From Bugula neritina (Eukaryota > Animalia > Bryozoa), in contig OZ037770.1 of assembly GCA_964035545.1 (NCBI GenBank), forward strand, positions 186,001-250,000: a DNA stretch of 64,000 nucleotides. The letters are read 5' to 3'. The notes beneath the pieces are model-generated. The model was not told the origin of the DNA and ran no database searches. It saw only the letters and a list, made by a program, of their open reading frames with translations. Positions 47,581 to 61,900 of this stretch are shown here, piece by piece. The number at the start of each line of letters is the position of its first letter. The stretch's first letter is position 1. The position numbers were made by a program, and so were the translations under genes.

Positions 47581-48571
47581 AATTTGATGTAAGGCTCAAA
47601 AATTCAGTTATATTATAACCTAATATATTAACTTAACTAATATGGTAGCTAGTGATGAAATAGTTGTAATATCTTACTGGTTATAATTATAAACTCAAAC
47701 AAATACCCAAACACACATCTCAGGTAAAATATTAAAAGAATAATGTATCAATAGTATAATAATTATAACAATATACATATGATACAAATAAATATATAAT
47801 ATATAATATATAAATATATAATATATAGATAAACAGATAAAAAATGTACATATACTATTCCATGTAATCTAACATACTAATGTCATCAACTGAAGCAATA
47901 AACGTAGAAAGGGTGTTTTGTAGTACAACCTGTAGCTACAAACCATTAACAAAGAAATTAACTAATTATGATAAATTCATACTTAAATATAAATCATGAC
48001 GTTTTTAAACAGCCCCACACCAAAACCTGATGAATATAACCATCTTTACTTGCACCATTTTTGTGGCAGAGTTAATCTTACTGCTAATGACCCAACTATT
48101 CATATTTCCGTAATATTAAAATTATTCCATTTACCATCTTAATATGCTATTAGGGACAATAATTAGAATTGATAGTTTTATTACCAGAAACAGTCATTAT
48201 AATTGCCTGTATTTATAAATATTTTCATTAACGGCCATCAGCAAGCTGGTTTACACGCCCAGTTACCTAAGGTTAGCTTCTTCACCTAAAACTCAGTATA
48301 TAGACGCATTTATAGCCAAGTAATTAAATACCAAGCAGAAATTTTATATAATCAGGAGGTAACTTGAAATTCCCAAGTTTTACTTGAAATAGAGTAGATT
48401 AGCTGTTTGAAGCTTTTTTATAAAGTTTCAGAAGAAGGCAGGAAAGTTTGGTGAAACTTATTCTAGTTTTCATTCTCCAACAGACTACAAGGTTACCATG
48501 TGATGGCATTATTCCTGGTATATGCAGTGTTTATAACGGGCTGTGCAACACCCACCCTTACAGGGAAAACC

Positions 48572-49338
48572 TTAGCTGTATGTATTTTAACTGAATGTAC
48601 TTTAGCTGTGTGTATTTTAGCTGATGTGTATTTTAGCTGGGTGTATTTTAGCTGGGTGTATTTTAGCTGTGTGTATTTTAGCTGGGTGTATTTTAGCTGA
48701 GTGTATTTTAGCTGGGTGTATTTTAGCTGGGTGTATTTTAGCTGTGTGTATTTTAGCTGATGTGTATTTTAGCTGGGTGTATTTTAGCTGGGTGTATTTT
48801 AGCTAGATGTAATTTAGCTGGATATATTTTAGCTGGGTGTATTTTAGCTGTGTGTATTTTAACTGAATGTACTTTAGCTGTGTGTATTTTAGCTGATGTG
48901 TATTTTAGCTGGGTGTATTTTAGCTGGGTGTATTTTAGCTGTGTGTATTTTAGCTGATGTGTATTTTAGCTGGGTGTATTTTAGCTGGGTGTATTTTAGC
49001 TGTGTGTATTTTAGCTGGGTGTATTTTAGCTGAGTGTATTTTAGCTAGATGTAATTTAGCTGGATATATTTTAGCTGGGTGTATTTTAGCTGTGTGTATT
49101 TTAGCTGGGTGTATTTTAGCTGGGTGTATTTTAGCTAGATGTAATTTAGCTGGATATATTTTAGCTGGGTGTATTTTAGCTGTGTGTATTTTAACTGAAT
49201 GTACTTTAGCTGTGTGTATTTTAGCTGATGTGTATTTTAGCTGGGTGTATTTTAGCTGGGTGTATTTTAGCTGTGTGTATTTTAGCTGATGTGTATTTTA
49301 GCTAGATGTAATTTAGCTGGGTGTATTTTAGCTGGGTG
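48572..49338. repeat. 15/16-bp minisatellite (gtgtattttagctgg) with higher-order repetition
   Basis: Direct; variant blocks such as aactgaatgtac and agatgtaat recur. Confidence 0.95.
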
Positions 49339-50908
49339 TGGTATCTACACAGACAGCATTGGCTACAGAATGTCTACTATTTGCTAGCACCACATGTGTT
49401 TAGCCTGAATGGAATGATCACATCACAGAAAATTTTTATTTAATAATTATAAAACAGTGGGCTGTGTTTACATTATCATATAGCATTAGCATATATTCTG
49501 CTAATTTATTAAAATATTCTTTTATAAAATTTTGTTTTGTTTAAAAGAATTTGTTTTTTTGGAAGACATCCATTAATTAATATGCAAAGTGCGAGCTCTG
49601 CATTGTTCAATGGTGATCTTTCTGCATTTATTACATTTACACAGATTTAATTTGTGTGGAATTTATGCAGAGACTTGGGAGAGTACGAGAGTTAACATCT
49701 TTATGAATATGCATTGACTAGGGTGAAGCTGTCAACTATTTAAATAGAGCATAATATCTGCAACCAGTGTGCTGCTGCATACTTAATTATCTTGTGGTTA
49801 TCACACAGCTTTAAACTATCCTACACAATTATCATAACATTAACTGAGTAACTCTGAGGTGAGATAAATAACCGCAATGGCAAAAAGGTTAAACCTGGGT
49901 TTACCAGCTAAACAAATGACCTTCAGATATGTTGGTTAGTGGCTTTTAAACTCAAAGATAATCCAAACAAACACAATAAGTTGGTGGACATGGAACACAT
50001 CTTCACCAGGTACCACAGGGTAGAAGAAGCTGATGCAGGCATTACTTTACAGAAACTTATCTCTAACTCCACTATGCGAGCTTAAACTGTAAATCTCAAG
50101 TAGTACTTTATATTACTCAATGATTTAGTTATATTACCATCTACAATATATTACCATCTAGTATGTGATTTAGTAACTACATTAGTTACTATATGCAGGC
50201 AATAAACCCAAACCTCTACACTACAACACTATAGATTGTAGGATATACATTATATGTGTATATGTATTGTCGTATATTTAAACATTACATAATAAAAAGT
50301 AATAACATAACGTAGAGATAAAAGAATTGTTGATATTCGGAAGCCGTACTGTCAACTCAGTAAAATATGCTTTAACTAATATATGGGAACAAATTAACAA
50401 AATTTAAATATTTATTACAACTTAAAAACTTTTTTAAGAATATGCAAATTTCGTTTTGGTTAGAATTGCTGAGTCAACTGCATTACTGGAGAGTATTTAG
50501 GCTGCTAAGGAAAGTAGTGAACAAAGAGAAAAGGAGAAAAACTATTTGCTATAATTATGTGTAACATAGCACTCATTAATGTAACTGTAACATTAGCATA
50601 TATTGTAATAGTAGAGAGCATAGTATAACGTAGCAGTAGGTATAAACAGTGTGTAGAGAGAGGGAGGCGTGGCAGTGGAGATAGTGACATCTAGGAAGTG
50701 TATATAGAGTAAGGTAAGGGAACCTGACCAGCCTTGTCAGCCACTCCCTCCCCTTCCTTCACACATATGCCTTAATACTCTGCTAATTATATTCATTAGT
50801 ATTACAGGGCACAGCCCAGAATATATAACTCAAATATAAAAGTAAATACTCGAGGAATATGCTTCATTTTACTATGGTCTACTCGCAGCTGGCTGTGCGT
50901 ATGACAAC

Positions 50909-53900
50909 ATGGCAAGGAACATGTCTATACTACTTCAAGTGACGGTCATAGCGTATGTAGTCTGTGTGATATGTGTTGACGGATATGTAACGGGACATGC
51001 TCAAGGTGAGTTCACAGTCTATATTCCTAACTAGTGACACTCATGTGACAAGCATGTGACACAAAATGTAGTTCATATACTGCTAGCTGCTTGCATCTTC
51101 ATACACTAAACGAGGGAAATAAAGGAATTGTGTGCCCTCTGTGTTGCAGTTAAAATTCCGTACTCAAACTGTGTAACCTGATCACCATATGCTCCATCAA
51201 TATTCACGTGACTTACATGTAAACATATTTAGTGAATTTACATGGATTCGAAATGCTGTTACTTGTACTTGTAAGAAATTTTAAAATTAAAATAATAAAC
51301 TAAAAATAGCAAATTCACCTCAAAATCAAAGACACCTGAGCATTTTCTTGCTCACGTCTAATGACTGCACACTGAGGGATCCAGTTGATGAATTGCAGCA
51401 AGTGGATAAAATGTTTTATAAAGTTTCTTACTCAAAATATTATCTAACTACATTCTATTAGCTAGACTTAGAGAATCATGAAGTGTAGGCAGCTGGGAGA
51501 AGAAAAACAGGGAGGAAGAGTAAAGTTTTTTAAGGATAGAATAGCAGCAGTTTTTGTAATAAATAAACTAGTTTATCGGATACTTAACTAATTCCATAGT
51601 TAGGAAATCTTGCTAAGAAAATACTTACATAAATCTAATGAGAAATTGTACAACCAAAAAATGAAAGTATGACTGACTGATGAACATCACCGGCTGGTAT
51701 TGCTCGTACTTAGCTTATAACTTATGGCAAGAACTATATTCATGGAACACAAGTAAAGAAGTATACTAATGCGCTATGTATGAATGTATGTATGTATACA
51801 GGCAAGATCAAAGGAAACAGACAGGTGGCAGGGGACGGAGCAATACCAGTCCTTACCAAAGCGGAGAGGAACTGGGTGCAAGCTCTACGTGAACGGATAA
51901 GGAAACAGATACACAAAGTCTACGTGGTTCACTCTCACGGTAAGTAGAGATCCATCAATGAAGGCAATGCCAGCAGAGGTATTCGTGCTAATGCATTATA
52001 ACTGATAAATATCAAATAATGAGCTTGTTGTTATATAATAACAGCATACTGCATTTAGACACTTCTTTCAGGTGGGCAGAAAGAAGTGCGTGTTTACGAT
52101 CTACCAAAAGAAAGACAAAAGAAATCTGCAGGAGTTCCTCAGGAAAAACTAGTTCCTGGCAATCCACCAGCTCCTCAAGACCAACTAGACCCTGTGATAT
52201 TACCAATCCAAGTATTAACCCACCAACTGGCTCCTGGACACGCTCTAGCAATGGCACCAGTGGCTAGACCAGCACCAGTCAATCAACATAAACCAGTCCC
52301 TGGAAGAGTACCAGTTTACAAATTAGCTTCCACAGCAGCACCAGCCACCACAGCTGTACCAGTAACCACAGCAGCACCAGTAACCACAGCTGTACCAGTG
52401 GACCCACATAAACCAGGTCCTGTAACAGTTCCAGTACATCAACCGGCTCCAACCGCTGCACCAGCAACCACAGCAGCACCAGTAACCACAGCTGCACCAG
52501 TGGACCCACATAAACCAGGTCCTATAACAGTTCCAGTACATCAACCGGCTCCAACCGCTGCACCTGTAACTACAGCAGCACCAGTTGACCCACATAAACC
52601 AGGGCCTGCAACAGTTCCAGTACATCAACTGGCTCCAACCGCTGCACCAGTAACCACAGCTGCACCAGTGGACCCACATAAACCAGGTCCTGTAACAGTT
52701 TCAGTACATCAACCGGCTCCAACCGCTGCACCAGTAACCACAGCCACACCAGTGGACCCACATAAACCAGGTCCTGTAACAGTTCCAGTACATCAACCGG
52801 CTCCAACCGCTGCACCAGCAACCACAGCTGTACCAGTGACCACAGCTGCACCAGTAACCACAGCAGCACCAGTTGACCCACATAAACCAGGTCCTGCAAC
52901 AGTTTCAGTACATCAACCGGTTCCAACCGCTGCACCAGTAACCACAGCTGCACCAGTAACCACAGCTGCGCCAGTGGACCCACATAAACCAGGTCCTGTA
53001 ACAGTTCCAGTACATCAACCGGCTCCAACTGCTGCACCAGCAACCACAGCTGTACCAGTGACCACAGCTGCACCAGTAACCACAGCAGCACCAGTTGACC
53101 CACATAAACCAGGTCCTGCAACAGTTTCAGTACATCAACCGGTTCCAACCGCTGCACCAGTAACCACAGCTGCACCAGTAACCACAGCTGCGCCAGTGGA
53201 CCCACATAAACCAGGTCCTGTAACAGTTCCAGTACATCAACCGGCTCCAACTGCTGCACCGGTAACTACAGCAGCACCAGCAACCACAGCAGCACCAGTT
53301 GACCCACATAAACCAGGTCCTGCAACAGTTCCAGTACATCAACCGGCTCCAACCGCTGCACCGGTAACTACAGCTGCACCAGCAACCACAGCAGCACCAG
53401 TTGACCCACATAAACCAGGGCCTGCAACAGTTCCAGTACATCAACTGGCTCCAACCGCTGCACCAGTAACCACAGCTGCACCAGTGGACCCACATAAACC
53501 AGGTCCTGTAACAGTTTCAGTACATCAACCGGCTCCAACCGCTGCACCAGTAACCACAGCAGCACCAGTAACCACAGCTGCACCAGTGGACCCACATAAA
53601 CCAGGTCCCGTAACAGTTCCAGTACATCAACCGGCTCCAACCGCTGCACCGGTAACTACAGCTGCACCAGCAACCACAGCAGCACCAGTTGACCCACATA
53701 AACCAGGTCCTGCAACAGTTCCAGTACATCAACCGGTTCCAACCGCTGCACCAGTAACCACAGCTGCACCAGTAACCACAGCTGCACCAGTGGACCCACA
53801 TAAACCAGGTCCTGTAACAGTTCCAGTACATCAACCGGCTCCAACCGCTGCACCGGTAACTACAGCAGCACCAGCAACCACAGCAGCACCAGTTGACCCA

Positions 53901-56900
53901 CATAAACCAGGTCCTGCAACAGTTCCAGTACATCAACCGGCTCCAACCGCTGCACCGGTAACTACAGCTGCACCAGCAACCACAGCAGCACCAGTTGACC
54001 CACATAAACCAGGGCCTGCAACAGTTCCAGTACATCAACTGGCTCCAACCGCTGCACCAGTAACCACAGCTGCACCAGTGGACCCACATAAACCAGGTCC
54101 TGTAACAGTTTCAGTACATCAACCGGCTCCAACCGCTGCACCAGTAACCACAGCCGCACCAGTGGACCCACATAAACCAGGTCCTGTAACAGTTCCAGTA
54201 CATCAACCGGCTCCAACCGCTGCACCAGCAACCACAGCTGTACCAGTGACCACAGCTGCACCAGTAACCACAGCAGCACCAGTTGACCCACATAAACCAG
54301 GTACTGCAGCAGTTCCAGTACATCAACCGGCTCCAACCGCTGCACCAGTAACCACAGCTGCACCAGTAACCACAGCAGCACCAGTTGACCCACATAAACC
54401 AGGTACTGCAGCAGTTCCAGTACATCAACCAGCTCCGACCGCTGCACCAGTAACCACAGCAGCACCAGTTGACCCACATAAACCAGGTACTGCAACAGTT
54501 CCAGTACATCAACCGGCTCCAACCGCTGCACCAGCAACCACAGCAGCACCAGTTGACCCACATAAACCAGGGCCTGCAACAGTTCCAGTACATCAACCGG
54601 CTCTAACCGCTGCACCGGTAACTACAGCTGCACCAGCAACCACAGCAGCACCAGTTGACCCACATAACCCAGGTCCTGCAACAGTTCCAGTACATCAACC
54701 GGCTCCAACCGCTGCACCAGTAACCACAGCAGCACCAGTTGACCCACATAAACCAGGTCCTGCAACAGTTCCAGTACATCAACCGGCTCCAACCGCTGCA
54801 CCAGTAACCACAGCTGCACCAGTAACCACAGCTGCACCAGTGAACCCACATAAACCAGGTCCCGTAACAGTTCCAGTACATCAACCGGCTCCAACCGCTG
54901 CACCAGTAACCACAGCTGTACCAGTAACCACAGCCGCACCAGTTGACCCACATAAACCAGGGCCTGCAACAGTTCCAGTACATCAACCGGCTCCAACCGC
55001 TGCACCGGTAACTACAGCTGCACCAGTAACCACAGCAGCACCAGTTGACCCACATAAACCAGGTCCTGCAACAGTTTCAGTACATCAACCGGTTCCAACC
55101 GCTGCACCAGTAACCACAGCTGCACCAGTAACCACAGCTGCACCAGTGGACCCACATAAACCAGGTCCTGTAACAGTTCCAGTACATCAACCGGCTCCAA
55201 CCGCTGCACCAGTAACCACAGCTGTACCAGTAACCACAGCAGCACCAGTTGACCCACATAAACCAGGTCCTGCAACAGTTCCAGTACATCAACCGGCTCC
55301 AACCGCTGCACCAGTAACCACAGCTGTACCAGTAACCACAGCTGCACCAGTTGACCCACATAAACCAGGTCCTGCAACAGTTCCAGTACATCAACCGGTT
55401 CCAACCGCTGCACCAGCAACCACAGCTGCACCAGTAACCACAGCTGCACCAGTGGACCCACATAAACCAGGTCCTGTAACAGTTCCAGTACATCAACCGG
55501 CTCCAACCGCTGCACCAGTAACCACAGCTGCACCAGTAACCACAGCTGCACCAGTGGACCCACATAAACCAGGTCCCGTAACAGTTCCAGTACATCAACC
55601 GGCTCCAACCGCTGCACCAGTAACCACAGCTGTACCAGTAACCATAGCAGCACCAGTTGACCCACATAAACCAGGTCCTGCAACAGTTCCAGTACATCAA
55701 CCGGCTCCAACCGCTGCACCAGTAACCACAGCAGCACCAGTAAAAACAGCTGCACCAGTGGACCCACATAAACCAGGTCCCGTAACAGTTCCAGTACATC
55801 AACCGGTTCCAACCGCTGCACCAGTAACCACAGCTGCACCAGTAACCACAGCTGCACCAGTGGACCCACATAAACCAGGTCCCGTAACAGTTCCAGTACA
55901 TCAACCGGCTCCAACCGCTGCACCAGTAACCACAGCAGCACCAGTAACCACAGCTGCACCAGTGGACCCACATAAACCAGGTCCCGTAACAGTTCCAGTA
56001 CATCAACCGGTTCCAACCGCTGCACCAGTAACCACAGCTGCACCAGTAACCACAGCTGCACCAGTGGACCCACATAAACCAGGTCCTGTAACAGTTCCAG
56101 TACATCAACCGGCTCCAACCGCTGCACCAGCAACCACAGCAGCACCAGTAACTACAGCTGTACCAGTGGACCCACATAAACCAGGTCCTGTAACTGTTCC
56201 AGTACATCAACCGGCTCCAACCGCTGCACCAGTAACCACAGCTGCACCAGTAACTACAGCTGTACCAGTGGACCCACATAAACCAGGTCCTGTAACAGTT
56301 CCAGTACATCAACCGGCTCCAACCGCTGCACCAGTAACTACAGCTGCACCAGTAACCACAGCTGCACCAGTTGACCCACATAAACCAGGTCCTGCAACAG
56401 TTCCAGGACATCAACCGGCTGCTGGACATGCCCCACGAGAAGCACCAGTTACTACACCTCGTCATTCTTCAGCAACCCTCACCAAGCGCACAGAACCTCC
56501 CAAACATTCAAAAGATCCACAAAAAGAATTACAGCCACCAACTAGAAGCAAAATTTCTCCATTACCATCATCACAAAGTCCTGTGTCATCTTCTAATTCA
56601 ATAACCACACAGAATACAAAAACTTCAGCCACAGCAACCAACTCAAAGTTCTCACCTTCACTGTACAACCAACACCACATTTACATCACTTTCAACAATC
56701 ATGGTAATTTCTTAACCTATTAACTTGTTCAATATACATACAATACACTCTATAACTGACAGACTTTTTTACCTTCATGTGAGCCTTTTTTCTCTTTTCT
56801 ATTTCTTGTCACTAATTATGTTTCAATTTATCTGTTCCCATTAGGTCAGTCACAAACCTTCAGAAAAGGCCCCAATGGTCTGTTGACACCAGTAACAGGA

Positions 56901-58220
56901 TCACCACCCAATTTAAAGACCCAAACTCCACCAAATACTTCAATACCTCCATCACAACCAAACAAACAAGCAGCTGAAAGTACCACAGCTAACGCACCGA
57001 CTAAACATACAGCGCAGACAAAAGTGTTACCTGAATCAGCAGTGCCAACGACACCTCCACCACAAGCAAGTAAGCCTATTGTCCCAGCATCTCCATCATC
57101 TACGACCAATAATCCTGTGACTTCAGCAAATCATGTCACCCACCAAGATCCAATCAACATTAACAGACCTGCTGTAACACCATCTGAAGTATCAAATAGC
57201 AAAACCTCAGGTCAACCAGGAAATGTTCCACAAGAGACAACTCTTCACGACATTAAAACTCCTGCAGTTGATCATGTACCAGATACACACATAACACAAC
57301 CAGACCAATTTCAACCAGTAACAGAGCCACAGCAGCACAGCCCTACAGAGCCACAGCAACATCACCATGAGCAAACTGTAGTGGTGAATAGCAATGGACA
57401 CAAAGAGCCAAACCACCACCAACACACAATAGAGCAGGGTATCACAGAAGCACCACAGATCCACCACCAGCCGGCAGAGGAGCCTGGAAGATACTTACCT
57501 GGCGACATTCTCAATGCTGAGCCAAAGCCTTGGGGTGAGTAACTGTTAAACTCAACAGTTGTGAGTTACATAACCGTAACCATTACTCTTGTGCTAACAA
57601 TCTATTTGAATTAATAGTGACCGGTGGAGGGTGGACTGACCACTGTCCCCCACTTCTACTGGATCCCTATTACTCCAAGAGGTTAGACTTGAAGTGCAGA
57701 GAAGACAGAGACTGTCCAGCAAGCCTGAGATGTTGCCGCATAAACTACACAAAGCAATGTCTCTCAGAAGAGCAAATCACTGGAGGTAACCGCTTAAACA
57801 TTTACAGCTGCACTTTTTAGGTTACTTGCTTGTAACTCAGCTCAAGATAGAATAACGCGCGCTATCCTTTTACTTTAACTTTGCATTTTTAGCACAACAC
57901 TCGGCTCAACCTGTGCCAGAGAGCAAAACGCTAAAGTATAAAAAACCCGGCAGATGTCCGTATCTCAGACCAAGACGGTACTATGATCCTCCGCGGGACC
58001 CTGAATGTGAATCAGATGATGACTGCTCGGGGACTAAGAAATGCTGTAATATTCGTAACTCGATGCGCTGCACGCGAGCAAGGAAGGTCTATTACGTGAG
58101 TATCACCTTAAACTAATCTGAGAGCTAGTCATACAGGATGTTGGTGTTACTCTGAAATGAATTCCTTTACTTTCTGTACAACAGCCAAACTGTGGCATCA
58201 TTTGTTTTAGTAAGAGATAA
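50909..58220 (+). CDS. Secreted mucin-like tandem-repeat protein with two C-terminal WAP-like domains; exons 50909-51005, 51802-51939, 52072-56703, 56845-57534, 57618-57785, 57893-58095, 58185-58220
   Basis: Signal peptide MARNMSILLQVTVIAYVVCVICVDG; phase-compatible GT-AG junctions; 4.6-kb exon of PVDPHKPGPVTVPVHQPAPTAA(PVTTAA)n; P/T/Q/H-rich exon; Cys modules CP...CREDRDCPASLRCC...C and KPGRCP...CESDDDCSGTKKCC...C; TATAAAA at 50835. The last exon is less certain. Confidence 0.82.
52330..56420 (+). repeat. Coding VNTR: roughly 40 units of 84-120 bp built from a 66-bp core plus 1-3 18-bp PVTTAA modules
   Basis: Direct; all unit lengths are multiples of 3 and the frame is open throughout. Confidence 0.95.
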
Positions 58221-58786
58221 GACATCCCTCAACAGACAATATTACACGACCTCTACAGCAAAGTAGCGCATCAATGTGTGTGTTACACTGTAGAGGTGAT
58301 AGTAGCACACCTGGACAAGATGAAACTCTGTATACAATACATATTAATAAAGTAAGCTGACCGAGGCTGGACCTTCCACTCAATAAAATATTCTCTATTG
58401 TTATATAATAAATATATTAAACTCCAAACTTCTTTATTTCTGTAGTGTTTTATACACAAACCAATGCAATTTAGAGGAATGAATCGCAAGACAAACTGTC
58501 TACGTTCAGCATATCAATATTCCAATGTTTATTCACCATGTTGGAGTTGTCTCACAACACTACATATCATACAGTGTGCAATAGAGCAACACATCTGAAC
58601 CTTTACTCATTTGAACACCACTCGAGACTATTGTAATAGTACAAAAATGAAAAATAATTCATTAATAAAAATAGAATACAAAAGGAAACATTTTGTTACT
58701 GCTTAATACATTATGGTAACAGCTGGAGGGTGGCTATAATATATCATGAATCAAGGCTAAGTACTGTTGAGACTTAATAAATGGGG

Positions 58787-58988
58787 CAATGCATTGTGGG
58801 TACCAGCAATGCATTGTGGGTACCAGCAATGCATTGTGGGTACCAGCAATGCATTGTGGTTAACAGCAATGTATTCTGATTGAGCAAATGCACCAAGAGT
58901 AACTTGTTATGTCCGTGATGGTGCATTATGGGTACTAGTCTGCAGTGATGCATTATGGGTACTAGTCTGCAGTGATGCATTATGGGTT
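58787..58988. repeat. Tandem repeats starting at the caspase stop codon (27-bp and 21-bp units)
   Basis: gcattatgggtactagtctgcagtgat x2-3 and gcaatgcattgtgggtacca x3-4. Confidence 0.85.
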
Positions 58989-61900
58989 AAAGCCAGGAAA
59001 TAAGTAGAGTTTTTTATCACCAGTAAAGAAACACTCATCTGTAGGTTGCTGCCCGCTGACATGGCCGTACATCTTATTGGCTAGTATACTCTTGTCTCTC
59101 ACCTTTTTCTTCACCTGCATCAGTTACAACTCGTGTTATTATCGACAGCGTATAGACAGCGTACAGACAGCGTACAGACAGCGTACAGACAGCGTTAGCT
59201 CTGAGCTGGTCAGCACAGTCACACTACATTCTCACACAACACATGCGCCGAGTCCCATGAGAAGAAGGACAACTCCTAGATGTGAATATGTACAGTGACT
59301 CACCTGTTTGAAGATGGTCTGGATGTCACGGTGACAGGAGTGTTTGTAGAGAGCCACTACAATGGCTCGGATAAACCAGGTACCTTGTCGAGAGTGTCGC
59401 GATGAGACGAAACCTGTGTACACACACAATGCTTACATCATCAGTTAGTGTGTACACATACAATGCTTACATCATCAGTGTGTACACACACAATGTTTAC
59501 ATCATCAGTTAGTGAGTACACACACAATGTTTACATCATCAGTTAGTGAGTACACACACAATGATTACATCACCAGTTAGTGAGTACACACACAATGCTT
59601 ACATCATCAGTTAGTGAGTACACACACAATGCTTACATCATCAGTTAGTGAGTACACACACTACGCAGAATTACTTACTAAGAAAACTGGCTTTCATGAT
59701 ATACAGATCATCAGTTGATAAGTAATCCCCGGGGAAGGGAGATTCTACAGTCTGAGGTTTCTCTTTTTTCTGGGAGGCAGGATTACACACTTGAGCATCA
59801 CTGACTGTAGAAGCTGTGTCACTGGTATACTGACCCATTGTATCCCTCCGCTCTACAAGTGTGTCACAGCGTATAACTACGCCGCATAAACTAGATACTA
59901 CAAGGTATAAACTCGACACTACGAGGTATAAACTAGATACTACAAGGTATAAACTAGATACTACAAGGTATAAACTAGACACTACAAGGTATAAACTAGA
60001 CACTACGCCGTATAAACTAGATACTACAAGGTATAAACTAGACACTACGAGGTATAAACTAGATACTACGAGGTATAAACTCGACACTACAAGGTATAAA
60101 CTAGATACTACAAGGTATAAACTAGACACTACAAGGTATAAACTAGATACTACAAGGTATAAACTAGACACTACAAGGTATAAACTAGACACTACGCCGT
60201 ATAAACTAGATACTACAAGGTATAAACTAGACACTACGAGGTATAAACTAGATACTACGAGGTATAAACTAGACACTACGAGGTATAAACTAGATACTAC
60301 GAGGTATAAACTAGATACTACAAGGTATAAACTAGATATTACAAGGTATAAACTAGATACAACAAGGTATAAACTAGATACTACAAGGTATAAACTAGAC
60401 ACTACGAGGTATAAACTAGATACTACGAGGTATAAACTAGATACTACGAGGTATAAACTAGATACTACGAGGTATAAACTAGACACTACGAGGTATAAAC
60501 TAGATACTACGAGGTATAAACTAGATATTACAAGGTATAAACTAGATACAACAAGGCATAAACTAGATACTACAAGGTATAAACTAGATACTACGAGGTA
60601 TAAACTAGACACTACAAGGTATAAACTCGTTACCGCCAGAGCAAGCTTGTAGAATAACGAGTTTTGGTTTGCCGGCCATAGCAGGAAATCTGTAAGCGGA
60701 GAGAAGGTCAAACACATCGGAGTATTTGATTGGCTGATTATCTCTGCCATAAAGTCTGTTCTCTGTGCCGTGAGTCATGATTACAAGAGCACTCACCCCG
60801 ACCTCAGCGTAGCCTGGGTTCCTTGTCTCCTCCCGCACCGTCTCCAGCATCTCCTACATTACATTACACTACATAATAATATAATATTATATTACAGTAT
60901 ATGATATGTTATGATACATTATATAATAATACAGTATTACAGTATATAATAGTATATAATATGTTATGATACCTGGCTGGTCAAGTCAGTCTTGACTTCA
61001 CACACAAAATTCAAGTCTCTGAAGACAGTTGAGATGTTCCGGACGTCCATCTCAGACCCGTCTCTGTTCTCCAGCTTAACCTGACTGGTGGAGGGCGGCT
61101 GGTCAAAGTAGCGGTTGTTAATGATGAGACATCTGCCTCTGTGTGGAGTTGTCATCCTGTACACCTGTGATACAGTAATATACTAGTAATATAGTAGTAA
61201 TATACCAGTAATATAGTAGTAATATAGTAGTAATATACTAGTAATATAGTAGTAATATACTAGTAATATAGTAGTAATATACTAGTAATATACTAGTTAT
61301 ATACTAGTAATATAGTAGTAATATACTAGTAATACCGTAGTAATATATTAGTAATATAGTAGTAATATATTAGTAATACCGTAGTAATATATTAGTAATA
61401 TAGTAGTAATATATTAGTAATACAGTAGTAATATACTAGTAATACCGTAGTAATATATTAGTAATATAGTAGTAATATATTAGTAATACCGTAGTAATAT
61501 ATTAGTAATATAGTAGTAATATATTAGTAATACAGTAGTAATATACTAGTAATACAGTAGTAATATATTAGTAATACACTAGTAATACACTAGTAATATA
61601 CTAGTAATACAGTAGTAATATAGTAGTAATATACTACTATATTACTAGTAATATATTAGTAATATACTAGTAATATACTAGTAATGTAGTAGTAATATAC
61701 TAGTAACATGGTTAGTCATAAATTATAGCCATGCAGTAGCAACATAATACAGTACAATACTATGACATGATATAAAAATATACTATAATATCACAAGACA
61801 ACACAGCAATATAACACAACATAATACAATATAATATAATACAATATAATATAATACAATAATACAATACAACATAGCACCGAACACTCACCGAATCAGA

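Noticed and set aside
52279-56465. Long minus-strand ORFs rich in C/W or L/V
   Set aside because: They are antisense shadows of the coding VNTR; the + frame has a signal peptide and splice-compatible exons.
59671-60750. 359-aa LYLVVSS and 263-aa YKLDTTR repeat ORFs
   Set aside because: Translations of a 21-bp stop-free intronic minisatellite between caspase exons.
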